This document shows, in pieces, positions 51,034 to 62,215 of a stretch of DNA of 64,000 nucleotides; within the stretch, counting starts at the first letter, position 1; every line of letters begins with the position of its first letter. The DNA comes from Malacoraja senta (Eukaryota): positions 10,106,001 to 10,170,000 of the forward strand of contig CM075990.1 of NCBI GenBank assembly GCA_038087875.1. Direction: 5' to 3'. Both the position numbers and the translations under genes were made by a program. Below the pieces are notes generated by a model that had not been told where the DNA came from, ran no database searches, and saw only the letters and a program-made list of their open reading frames with translations.

Positions 51034-51984
51034 AAGATAGAGGTGGGGGGAGGGGAATACTGGAGGCAAGAAAGGGCCAGTTAGGTCAGGATAGTGTGGG
51101 GGCTGAAGGAGAGCATATGAGTGGCCCACCAATGTGATCAAATCTCCAAGCCATTGTTGCTATGGAGCCTTGCACCAGGAATGATGTTGTCCTGAAAGCA
51201 TCTGAAGCAAAAATCACAACAGAACCACCATGTTTTAAGTTCCTGCTACCTGACATTGTTCCAGCCATTCAGACAGGATCGCTTATCTGCTCTCTGTAAA
51301 CGCATTCGTGAACAGAAAAGATTCACTCAAATCTCCTGATTGTGTATTTTTTAACCTTCTACACCGGAAGTACAAAATGGTAACAAAGAAATAATACAAC
51401 ATGTACTAAATGTAGGCATTTATCTTCTCTTCCTTTTATCATTTCTTTCAAACTCTCAGACATTCCACAGCACTTTATAGCCTCTGAAGTATTTCTGAAG
51501 GCACAGTGGTAAGGTTCGAAATATAATGTGTCTGGGTTTGGAATTGTTGACCTGATTTCAACAGACAGCCTGTATTTTCGCATTCCTAACGGAACACAGC
51601 CAGAACTGAAACGCTCGACGACGATGGAATAGCAATTACAGCTAATAACCTGGTTGTTTCGAAGTAAGCAGCAGACAGTAAGATGAGGCCGTGGGCCATC
51701 TGTATTTACCATTTCAACAACCAGGCTCAATGACAAACACAACATGCGATTCATTGGAGACGGTGCAGAGGATGTAGAGACTATGCTGAGATGGAACATT
51801 TCCAGTTATAAGGGAGACTGGATAGGATGGATCTGGTTCCTTTGGAGTAGAGGAGGCTGAAGCTGGACTTGATAGTGGTGTACAAAAATGATGAGGGGTG
51901 TAGATCAGGTAGATAGTAAAAAACCTTTCCTCACAGCAAAGGTTTCTAAATATCAGAGGGCACAGTTGAGGGTAAGAGGTAAAT

Positions 51985-52469
51985 CAGGGGTCGTCAACCA
52001 ACGGCCCCCGGGCAGAATGCGGCCCGTAACCCGAAATCATCCGGCCCGCAGGCGGATTTTCCCCCCCGTAATCATCCAGCCCACCGAGCCTCCCCCCCCC
52101 CCCCCCGCCCCCGAGCTCTTCCCCGAGCACCTCGAGCGCGGCCAAGCTCTGGCTGTACCGCATCCTGCGCAAAGCCGCGCACGTTCTGTGAACACGTTTA
52201 AGAAAGAACTGCAGATGCTGGAAAAATCAAAAGTAGACAAAAATGCTGGAGAAACTCAGCAGGTGAGACATACAAGAATTGCATGAGGCTGCCTCACCCG
52301 CTGAGTTTCTCCAGCATTTTTGTCTACCTTCTGTGAACAGGTGATTTGATGCCTGCCATCCGGGGCGGGAGGGGGGCGGGATCCATGTGTACACGTGATG
52401 GATGTAGCCTGCCATCCATTCACAGACATGTGTCCCGACCCCTATGCAGAACAAGGTTGCCGACCCCTG
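51985..52469. mobile_element. Non-autonomous hAT (Charlie-like) DNA transposon
   Basis: TIR CAGGGGTCG(T/G)CAACC at both ends, subterminal GGCCCGC repeats, imperfect 8-bp TSD aggtaaat/aagtaaag. Confidence 0.8.
52195..52328. mobile_element. Hammerhead-family hairpin element nested in a hAT MITE, 11-bp TSD
   Basis: TTCTGTGAACA at 52184-52194 and 52329-52339. Confidence 0.78.
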
Positions 52470-53034
52470 AAGTAAAGGAATCCGAGGAAGAATATTTTCA
52501 CCTGAGGGTGTTTGGAATCTGGAATGCACAGTCTGAGATGATACTTTCACATCATTTAAGAAGTATCTGGATGGACACAAGATTCAGAAAGGTTCGTAAT
52601 GCCATGGACCTGGTAATGCTGGTAAATGGAATTCGTAGGGATGGGTACTTGACACTTGGCATGCTCATGTGGGCTGAATGGATGTTCTGTGCTAGATGGC
52701 CACTAACTACGTTCAGGCTATCAACAACGAGTGATCAGTATCAATCATTTCCATCAACTTACTGTTTCATTAAACTTGCTAAATCTAAATAAGTAGTCAT
52801 GTCTCAGGTGACCGCATGAAGTTCAGGAATTATTGCAACACATTTTTGCTAGACACCAGAATATAATAACACATTTACATCCGATTCCCTCTACCTCATT
52901 ATGTACATTGGACTTCAAAAAAGGAACTGTTGCACAACAATACTGAGAACTATATTTTTCACTCTATTTCTTTTTTTCTCTCTACTTAAGTTTGGCTTGA
53001 TTGTATCTATCTATGTAGTGTATTATCAGATTTG

Positions 53035-53460
53035 ATTGGATAATCTGTGGAATTCTCTGCCACAGAAGGCAGTGGAGGCCAATTCACTGGATTTCAAGAG
53101 AGAGGAAGGGCCTGTCCCACTTGGCCGTCATTCGCGCGCCATTTACATGACCTGCTCACGTGTGGGTACCGCGTGGGTAGCGTGGGACGGGCACATGGAG
53201 TGGTGTGGAGGAGTGTGGAGTGGTGTGGAGGAGTGTGGACTTCGTCCTGCACGAAATCTTCGCGCGCCACCGGCCTGTCGCGTAACTGACGGCCAAAGTG
53301 GGACAGGCCCAAGAGATTTAGCTCTTAGGGCTAAAGGATCAAGGGATATGGGGGGAAAGCAGGAATGGGGTACTGATTTTAGATGATCAGCCATGATCAT
53401 ATTGAATGGCAGTGCAGGTTCGAAGGGCAAAATGGCCTATTCCTGCACCTATTTTTCTAT
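53035..53460 (+). mobile_element. CR1 LINE 3' end interrupted by a MITE
   Basis: aatctgtggaattctctgccacagaaggcagtggaggcc..gatgatcagccatgatcatattgaatggc. Confidence 0.78.
53108..53310. mobile_element. MITE with ~24-bp TIRs, probably PIF/Harbinger-like
   Basis: GGGCCTGTCCCACTTGGCCGTCA .. TGACGGCCAAAGTGGGACAGGCCC; internal GTGGA repeats; TSD not clean. Confidence 0.75.
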
Positions 53461-53529
53461 GCAAAACAAACCTTTTCACTGTACCTTGGTACACCTGACA
53501 ATAATAAACCTAAACCTAAGCATAGCATC

Positions 53530-53920
53530 TTCAATGAACTTAAGGGCTTTCTCTGAACTTACAAATGCTTCACAGTCACAGGTTCATGTACGGTAAAGAA
53601 ACAATGGCAGCCAATTTACATAACAAACTCACTCAAGCATCTGAACTAATTGAAGTGACAATTACACTTCACTGACAGGTTGAAGGGGAAATGTTAGTCA
53701 GGAAATTGGCAAACCATTTATTTTTCTTATAGTGCCATCTATACCCATCTGAGAGGAGATGTGCATTGTTTAACGTTTCATTTGTGGGACAGCACCTCCC
53801 CAGTGCAGCTTTCCCTCTGTTCTGCAGCGATGGATTAGCCTGGATTATGCATCAAATCCCTGGAAATGGACTTGAACTGCAACCTGACACATAAACAGTG
53901 TTCCACTCACTCTGACATGA
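53530..53920 (-). mobile_element. Ancient Deu-domain SINE relic
   Basis: ggcagccaattta..tttaacgtttca..acagcacctcc..gtgcagc..gacttgaac. Confidence 0.55.
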
Positions 53921-54059
53921 CCGGCATCTGGAGCCATCAACAGAAGCACGCTGTTCTCTTCTAATATCAAAGTAACTCCATTGAACCCCTCATGTCAAAG
54001 CCACGGAATCCTAATCCTTTCACTTCTTCTTTGATAAATGGTCAGGGGTGTGGATGACT

Positions 54060-54420
54060 AACTTCACAAGAGCACAAGGAAATGGGAGCTGTCATAGATC
54101 CCCTCAAACCTGCCTGCCATTCAATACGATCATTGTTGATCTATGCTAACCTCAACTCCTCCACGATGCTACCACTCACAGCTATCTGTTACTCAATCTT
54201 CCATATATTTATTTACTGGCCTCTACCAGGTTTGGGGGCAAAGATTCTTCTGACGGAAGAATTTTCTACACACCCAAGTTTTAAATTATCTCCTTGCCTA
54301 TGACTTTCCCTCAAGTCCAAACATCTCAGCATCTGCCCTATCATGCCTGCTTAGGATCTTACACTTTTGAATAGGGTCACCACTCATTCTTCTAGACTCC
54401 AAGGAATACAGACCCAAGGT
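54060..54420 (-). mobile_element. CR1 LINE 3' relic
   Basis: ORF 54298..54555 LGLYSLESRRMSGD..KILSRHDR. Confidence 0.65.
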
Positions 54421-54980
54421 TCGACTATACTGGGTTCTGAGATGGATGATAGTCAGGTACATGAACCACCGACTCTCCCACAGGTAGTGCAGGTGGGATG
54501 CAATCAGGGTAACATGCATGGGTTTGACCAGCATGCCAAAGGCTAAGGTTTCCATTTTAAAGCAACATCAAGTGTGGGTTTATATAAAACTGCACGCAAC
54601 AGAAATTGCTCTTTTAAACCTGCACAGAATTGTATGCGTCTTGTTTAAAGCGATTAATTAATTCTGTTAATATTAAATAATAAAGAATATTGATTAAAAC
54701 ATTTTTATGCAAAGATTTCAGTTTTCAAAAGTAGCAATGGTCCTGTTCCAATGTGTCCAATCTATTGTATGTGTCAACTTTTGAACCATTGTCCCATTAA
54801 ACTATCCTGTTACAAAACATTTGTTTCCTATTGACTGGAAGATATGATGGAAGTGGCAGATTTTCAGACTTCCTTTTTAAAAATGAGCGTGAGTATCTAA
54901 TTAAGTTACAGACTACCAGTGACCCTGCAATGCTGGTCATGAAGCTTCGCAATTACAACAATTACGGTGGTTCAAACTAC

Positions 54981-55025
54981 CTTTTCTCCTCTATCGCCTG
55001 CCCGGCCCATTTCACCAGGATCTCC
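54981..55025 (-). CDS. COL13A1: Collagen exon, 45 nt: GDPGEMGRAGDRGEK
   Basis: Acceptor cacacag after pyrimidine tract, donor gtagtt, Gly-X-Y. Confidence 0.88.
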
Positions 55026-56625
55026 CTGTGTGTGTAGAGGGAAAACAAAAGTTTAAATAAAGAGAAAAAGTAAGTAGTCACACTTTTACTTGCAAGGACC
55101 CATGCAAAATAATTGTGCCACCAATCACTTTAATCAGTATACCTGGCTCCTGAATTGATTATGACACTGAAAGGATGCAGATCCAAACCTTCCCCTTTGC
55201 TCCCCTCGCACCCCCTCCCTTAACCACAGAAACACCCCCTGAAGAACTGTCAACGTCTAAATAATAACATTCACAAGGCACTCAACAGGGGTGTTGAGGA
55301 TTGGGTGCAGAGTCTCCACCTCTTGTTTGGGTCAAAAGTAGATTCTGTTGTGAAATGCCCAATGTAGATTCTAGATCTTGAATTCGAGATTGTGAATTGC
55401 CCACTTAGTTGTCAAGAGTACTTTTAACCCCAACTTTCCCCCTGGAACTGAGGGAGGACCAGCAGTTAACACTGAGAAGAATGCTCATGGGACCAAAATA
55501 GGAACTTTATAGACTTACATGCCATTGTGAACCATTGGTTTAGAGTGACTGCAGAGAGCAGGGCTTTTTTTTGTTGTCAAGTTTGTGCTCCAACTGGGGC
55601 CTGAGCAGAAAATTATCATCTCAGTTCTGCAACTCATCACCAGCTAAAATGGATCTCCACGATAAGTGCAGAACATTCTGTTGTAGAACCAGGAACACCT
55701 GATGTCTCTCTGGCTGGATTCTCTCCACCCTATCTTCCAACTCCCTGACTCTCTCCGACCCCACTCCTTATGCTGCAACTCCCTAGAAGGCAACCAGCCT
55801 TCCCTCAGATTCCTCAGTGGAAATAGTCAGTTTCTATAATGCCTGGCTTTCAAATGAAGCACCAGGTTCAAATCCAACTAAGGGTTAGTCCCAAGTATTA
55901 AACTTATTCTATCTCTACACATTACTGACTGACGTGTTGTGATCCTTTCTCCTCAGAGCTTTGAACTGTTGAAAATATTCCAGATTTCTGATTAGAGAGT
56001 CCTTGCATTGAAGAAACTGCTTGAACGCAACATGCAGTTGTCTTGTAGATCTAACTTTCCTCAGTTTGAACTAACTGCTAATTTGAGGAAACTCTGCAAG
56101 ATCAGCCTCTGTATTTTAAAAATTGCTTTATTCATCTTACTGGATAAATCATTATTTTTTTCCAACAAATAAAAGCTTGACAGTGCCATCTAAGCAACAA
56201 CCCCACAAAGACACGTCTAAAACAGAGTTCATTTGAGCTCCAGACAATGTACATGTTGCACTTTTTCATCAAAAACGTGCTGAATAAAAGCACAATAGCA
56301 AAGCAAATGCATTTTGGAAGCAACTTTAGTGCAATTGTTGTGTTTAGGAAAAGCTATTTGAGTGCAGACAGCATTGCATTATACACCCCACGGGAGCACA
56401 TAAAAATCCGAATTATTGACAATTCTACTGTAACACCACACTGAAAGGTCTCTTCGACTGAGCTTAGTTTAGTGTGAAATTCACAAATTTGATTCACTGG
56501 TGGTAGAACCGCAGAAAGATTTAAAAGATTTAGGAAAGATAGATTAGTCAAAGTGAGACAATAATAGACTGAGACAACATCGACATGGATTAGAGATTAA
56601 AAGAAAAGAAACATGGCTCTATTAC

Positions 56626-56652
56626 CTTTTGTCCGACTTCTCCTTGGTCTCC
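56626..56652 (-). CDS. COL13A1: Collagen exon, 27 nt: GDQGEVGQK
   Basis: Acceptor attaacag, donor gtaata, Gly-X-Y. Confidence 0.85.
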
Positions 56653-57065
56653 CTGTTAATATAAATAGGAAAGCCAAAAGGAAAGCAGAGATAAGTCACC
56701 TTTATAGAATGCAGACAGAAGCAGGAAAAAGAATGAGGTCAGGTCAGATAACATTCACATGCACAAATTGACAGCTGAAACTTTAACTTAACCATCCTGA
56801 GAGTGTTAAAAAATTACAAACTTAACATCCCCAGAATGAAAGATAACCTGAAGCTTGTTACTGGTTTATTAAATGGAAATGGAAAGCTTTCAACGATAGT
56901 GTAACTAATTGCACTTGACAACTGTAACCATTCTTTATTAAGAGATGTTATTTTCTATTAAAAACAGATGTCTCTGTGCTTCCTCATAATAATGTGCAAT
57001 TAATCGCTGTTAATAAACTGACGTTCGGGATTGATGCAAGGCACAGATCCATCCTCGGCATTTAC

Positions 57066-57128
57066 CTTTCGGCCCATGGATCCCGGTAATCCGGCTGGAC
57101 CAGGAAGCCCTAATTCACCAACCTCACC
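57066..57128 (-). CDS. COL13A1: Collagen exon, 63 nt: GEVGELGLPGPAGLPGSMGRK
   Basis: Acceptor tttccctcag, donor gtaaat, perfect Gly-X-Y, phase 0. Confidence 0.9.
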
Positions 57129-57635
57129 CTGAGGGAAAGAAGAGAAAATAAAAGCACAAAAGACCAAACTGGAGAGCACCCAGCAAAGAGAAGTAGACTT
57201 ATAAAGCAAAGCGTGAAAGAAGGCAGAAATAACTGTAGGGAAGAGAAAGAACCTGGTGGAAGTTGTCAGAATTTGTCACGGTGGAGGAGATGTGTTTACT
57301 CTGGAGAAACTTTAAAAAACGCATAATGATTAAATGGCCACTAACAAAGCCAATAGGGAATTTTGGAGAATATTCAAAGGTCAGTGAAGGTGAAGAATTC
57401 CCATAAATATTATTGATGCATTGAAGGAGAATCTAGTTGAGAAAGGTGCAGGAGGTTATTCAGACAGAGAGGCAGAGGCAGAGGGAGAGGCAGAGGTAGA
57501 GACATACTGTTCTAAGACTGAGGCCCAGGTGAATAGAAATACTGACTTGTGGGGCAGATGTACTGCATGTCTGCTTCTGTGCTGGAAGCTCAATAAATTC
57601 AATGGCTTTGTCCAGTGAATTAATGATGGACCACA

Positions 57636-57950
57636 GATAAGACACAAAATATGGAGTAAATCAGCGGGACAGGCAGCATGTCAGGAGAGAAGAAATGGGT
57701 GACGTTTCGGGTTGATATCCTTCTTCAGACTGAACCAATATTCTTTACAATTTCAAACAAAATCTTTAATATTTCTTTAAACACAAACCCAGTATGTCAA
57801 GCAGCACTTCTGGAGGACATGAATAGGTGCCATTTTCAGTCAAGACTTGAAATATCACCTATCCATATCCTCCAAAGGCACTGCCTGGCCCACTGAGTTA
57901 CGCCAGCACTTTGTGTTTTGCTCAGGATTCTAGCATCTACAGTTCCTTAT
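57636..57950. mobile_element. Two adjacent hammerhead-family elements
   Basis: gggtgacgtttcgggttgatatccttcttcag at 57697-57729, then an older hairpin copy. Confidence 0.65.
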
Positions 57951-58764
57951 TTCTCTCTCATTAATCTTTCACTACTTGTGGTCCTACAATGTCTTTTTTC
58001 CCCACTGAAGTCGTGTTTGAAATGATTTGTCACTCATTTGGGAAGTATGAAGAAGTTCGCTTTCTAAAAAGAGGGGTGAAAATCTGTAGAGCTTGATTCG
58101 AAAATGTCACAATGCACCTGGGATTGAATGAATGGATTGGACTGCTGTTTTCAGATTTAATTTGGATCTATAAGGTAAGCCCTATAGAAAAATATCAATT
58201 TCCTTTGATCAACGGAATAAAGAGCTGAAGATAGCTTTGCAAAGAATCTGTCCCTCTCGTGGAGACAAAGTGCGAAGTGAAAAGGTAACTTGGTACTTGT
58301 GTGTCTGTGTTATTCAGTGATAATCCCACCACAAATTAAACAAATTAGTTCCACAGCGATTGAGTTTCAGGCTTGGCACACTGAAGTTACTGACTAATTT
58401 TTATTTAACCACCTATCACAGAGCTTTGACAAGATTGCTGATATAACAACTTTAAAAAAAAAGACAAATGTATATACCAGTTATTTTTTTTAAATGGTAA
58501 TTTCCAATATCATGTAACGTAGAATTTGCAGCATAGGAACAAGTCACCAGCCCAACAAATCAGTGCTTCATATGAGGCTTCTTTATCTCACTCCATTCAC
58601 AATCCTCTCTCTTTCACTCTCCAATGTAAATTTAATGTTGCTCAGAACATCTTCAAGTGGCAATGAAATAAAATTATTGGCACAGCCACTGCAGCTGAGA
58701 ATCTCTTTCTCTTATCAACAGAACTAACATGTAATGGCAAGGAAAATTAAAAAAAAAAAAAACT

Positions 58765-59200
58765 AGATGCAAAAGGAACTACAGATGTTGGGATCTTGTG
58801 TAAAAGACAAAATGCTGGAGTAACTGGGCAGTCAGGCAGCATCTCTGAAGGACTCGACAGAATACCTTTCATGTCGGGGCCTTTCTTCAGACTCTGAACT
58901 TCAAAGTCCGAAGAAGGGTCCCGATCTGAAACGTCCCCTATCCATGTCACCTCCATTGAGCAATTCCAGCACTTTGTGTTTTACTTTTTTTTTAAACCTA
59001 GAGATTTTGGAAATCTGAAGAAAAAACAGAAAATGCCGGAACCATTCAGCGGGTTAGGTAGTATTTGTGAAATGAAAAACAGAGTTACCACTTCAGGCTG
59101 GGAAAGTTTAGTTGAAGGGTCTTAAGTCCTGAAACAAAAACTATATCTCTTTCTCCAGAGACTGCCTGATCTGCTGAGTGTTTCCAGCATTTTCTGTTTT
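58765..59200. mobile_element. Hammerhead-family hairpin (58765-58985) plus an older related hairpin (about 59020-59200)
   Basis: Inverted arms; ccgaagaagggtcccgatctgaaacgtc core. Confidence 0.65.
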
Positions 59201-59254
59201 TTGTTCAGATATCCTTCCATTACATGTTAGTTCTGTTGATTTGGCAAAGAGATT

Positions 59255-59660
59255 AGAGTCATAGAGTAATACAGAGTGGAAACAAGCCTTTAGGCCCATT
59301 TGCCAATGCCGACCAACATGCCCCATCTACATCAGTCCTACTTTCCTGTGTTTGGCAGCTCATTCCATATACTTACCATCCTTTGTGTAAAGAGGTTGGC
59401 CCCAGGTTCCTATTAAATCTTTCCCCCTCACATTAAACCTATGTCCTCTGGTTCTTGGTTCCCCTATTCTGGGTAAAAGACTCAGTACATTTACCCTATC
59501 TATTCCTTTCATGATCTTATACACCTCTATAAGAACTCCCTCATCATCCTGCGCTCCAAGGAATAAAGTCCTAGCCTGCTCAACCTCTCCTTATAGTTCT
59601 GGCCGCCGAGTCCTGTAAACATCCTCGTAAATCTTCTATGCACCCTTTCCAGCTGAACAA
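59255..59660 (-). mobile_element. CR1 LINE 3' relic
   Basis: catagagt tail and cacctctataaga..ctccaaggaataaagtcctagcc on plus. Confidence 0.72.
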
Positions 59661-59724
59661 CATGAAGAGATTCTCTGCTACACTGTCGATTCTCAGCTAT
59701 GGTGATTGGTCCAATAATTCATTT

Positions 59725-60004
59725 TAGTTTTATTTAGTATTGAGATACAGCGTGGAAACAGGCCCATCCGCCCATTGAGTCCATGCCGACCAGTGATTTC
59801 CATACACTAGTTCTATCCTGCACACTAGGGACAATTTACAATTTTTACTGAAGTCAATGAACCTGAAAACCTGTATGTGTTTGGGGTGTTTGGTGTTTGG
59901 TGTGTGGGAGGAAACCAGAGCAGCTGGGGAAAACCCATGCGTTCATGGAGGAAACGTACAAACTCCGTACAGACAGCAGCTGTAGTCAGGTTCAAACCCG
60001 GGTT
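59725..60004 (-). mobile_element. HE1-like V-SINE
   Basis: Tail, V-domain and B-box part; small internal (ggtgttt) duplication. Confidence 0.8.
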
Positions 60005-61082
60005 TAAATGTATACCATAATTAATGTAGAAATATTAGGAACTTTCTGTAGTAGATGTCTAGATGGCACAAGTAGGAATAACCTAACTTTTGCCATCTAT
60101 GCTATTCACATTGCAAAAGTCAATAAAGGTAAATGCTAAATGATTTCATTTGAAGTGCATGGTAAAACAAGACCTGAGATATTGGATAGACGAAGCTTCT
60201 AGCTGGGCACTTTACAAAGAAGAAGATGAACATCTAAATTCATCATATGTGGCAGAACCAGTATAAACACTTATTTTCCCGATTGTGAGGTTAGATATAC
60301 AGCACCTCAGTTCAACTGCCCCATGTATATATGACCTACTTTACAGATTATTTGTTTAGGAGAATTTAAACAGCTATATGAAGCAACTCAAGTGCACAAT
60401 GACACTGCATGTCCATTAGCGAGTGTAACATTACACGGCCAACTGCACAAGCCAAATGTTTCCAGTTAAACAAATAGTTGTGGAAACTCAAGGGAACTGG
60501 AGAGAGCTGGAGATTTGTTTCCACCTGCAACTTGGGTGCAACCCAATCCTATCAAGATTCTGGTTCATTTTAAATATCCCTCTGAATTCTAATGTGAGGT
60601 AGGGAGTTACAAGGAGGAGGGGGACATTCCTCGTCTTTGACGACAATCGTTTTCTTTGTCTCCTTGAATTACTGCGGCAAAATGTATGTTGGTTAAGTTT
60701 CTTTGAAGCTTTCTCCAACTCTTAAGACTGGCGATACATCAAGTCCAGAAGGATCATTTATCTCCCTTGTGAAAATTCGCTCCAGTAGGATTTGAGTCAA
60801 ATGCTTTTTATCTTTCCGAGTATTGGCTGGTCCTCAGTGGCTACCCTTCCACTTTACAGGGGTAGGAGCGCACTGAAACAGCTCATTAATGGGCTACTAT
60901 AGGCACTGGGTTTCATTCCATGAAAGCTCTCCAAAAGAGTGGGAGGTCTGGCCTGGGAAGGAGAAGACGGGAATAACTGGCACAGACGTTGGGCGATGAA
61001 GAAAAGACAAAGCAAAGCTTATAATTATCCACATTCTGTGGGCAAGAAAAGAAACATTCATGGAAAGCAGTGCCAGGTATTA

Positions 61083-61305
61083 GACACCTGATGCTTCATT
61101 ATGTGTAGGAAGAACTGCAGATTCTGGTTTACACCGAAGATAGACACAAAAAGCTGGAGTAACTCAGCGCATCAGGCAGCATCTTTGGAGAAAAGGAATA
61201 GGTTTGTCACTCTGAAGAAGGGTCTCGACCCGATGCATCACCTATTCCTTTTCTACAGAGATGCTGCCTGACCCGCTGAGTTACTCCAGCTTTTTGTGTC
61301 AATCT
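61083..61305. mobile_element. Hammerhead-family hairpin element, young
   Basis: Near-perfect inverted arms gacacaaaaagctggagtaactcagc..ggaataggt / cctattcc..gctgagttactccagctttttgtgtc. Confidence 0.8.
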
Positions 61306-62019
61306 TTGATACATCATTATGTTGCACATCCTGCAAAGTGAAGGCTATTATTGCACTGATGGGCAAGGAGGCACACACAACTCATCACACCACATTGGAC
61401 TTTAGATGGGGTAGTCTGAACAGTTGCAATGTGTGCCACACACTTGCCAATTGGCTTTGCACTCTCCTGGTTCCAAACAGCCTAGGAATTACAGCAGAGA
61501 TATAGCTCACAGATAAGCTGGAATTTGGCAGTATTTACATTCCACACTTTACAGTCCAACCAGCTATTAGACAACCTATCACTATGCTCCAAATATAATA
61601 GCAACATGGGAAGAAAATCTTTGTCACAATCCATTGATCAGAGATGATTAACGATCACAGACTTGAACAGTAATTTTGATCTTGTTTGGTCCAGCTTACA
61701 TCTCTAGTATAAAGCTTTTGAGATGAATGGAACAACATTGTCCATTTCACTATGTAATCTGCCTGTCCATGAGGTAAATGATTTGGATTATAATGAGGAT
61801 TTGCTCTCGATAGGTATGTCAATACCAATGCTCTTAAATATACATCCGTTTTCTTTTTGAGAGAAATTGATATGTTGCTGTAGACCTTTTCACCTTCCCT
61901 GAGGAGCTCATATTCTCAACGCTTAAAAAACAAACCCATCAGCTACCTAAAGGAGTAACAAATACAGCAACAACAAAAAATGGGGATTTGATGTGATGCA
62001 TAGAAACCTAACACCTTTA

Positions 62020-62215
62020 TTACTAACCCTCACCTTCCCTCCTGGACAATTTCCTTTTTCTTTCTTCCTTTCCTCACGTCCTCACTTTATTTTAGTTCCC
62101 CTTCCCATTTTTCTCTCCCTTTCACATTCCTTCCTGCATTTCTCATCTTCTGTTCATTCTCTCCCCCCTTCTCTTTCTTTCCCCTTCCTCATTCCTTATT
62201 TTCCTTGCCACTCTC
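62020..62215. repeat. Polypyrimidine (CT-rich) low-complexity tract
   Basis: Almost purely C/T on plus. Confidence 0.8.

Larger units (their letters stand above)
51800..52690 (+). mobile_element. CR1 LINE 3' relic hosting a hAT MITE
   Basis: tataagggagactggatagg..gaggaggctgaag..tacaaaaatgatgagggg, resumes after 52470. Confidence 0.7.
2533..57128 (-). other. COL13A1: Span of the collagen type XIII alpha 1-like gene (COL2, NC3, COL3, NC4 and terminal exon); 5' part not in window or not recognised
   Basis: 25 phase-0 exons with AG..GT boundaries splice into an open, mostly Gly-X-Y frame. It contains EIIDYNGNINEALQ (NC3) and ends [21 protein letters not shown]-stop, the COL13A1 signature (COL25A1 ends PMPGCWQK, COL23A1 PVPGCWHK). 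Confidence 0.9.

Noticed and set aside
55189-55238. G-rich AG..GT segment containing GARGAKG on minus
   Set aside because: 50 nt, out of frame, Gly-X-Y not maintained; probably chance from a C-rich tract.
61885-61920. 36-nt AG..GT segment ending GEK on minus
   Set aside because: In-frame TGA at codon 2, weak donor (gtctac), no Gly-X-Y.
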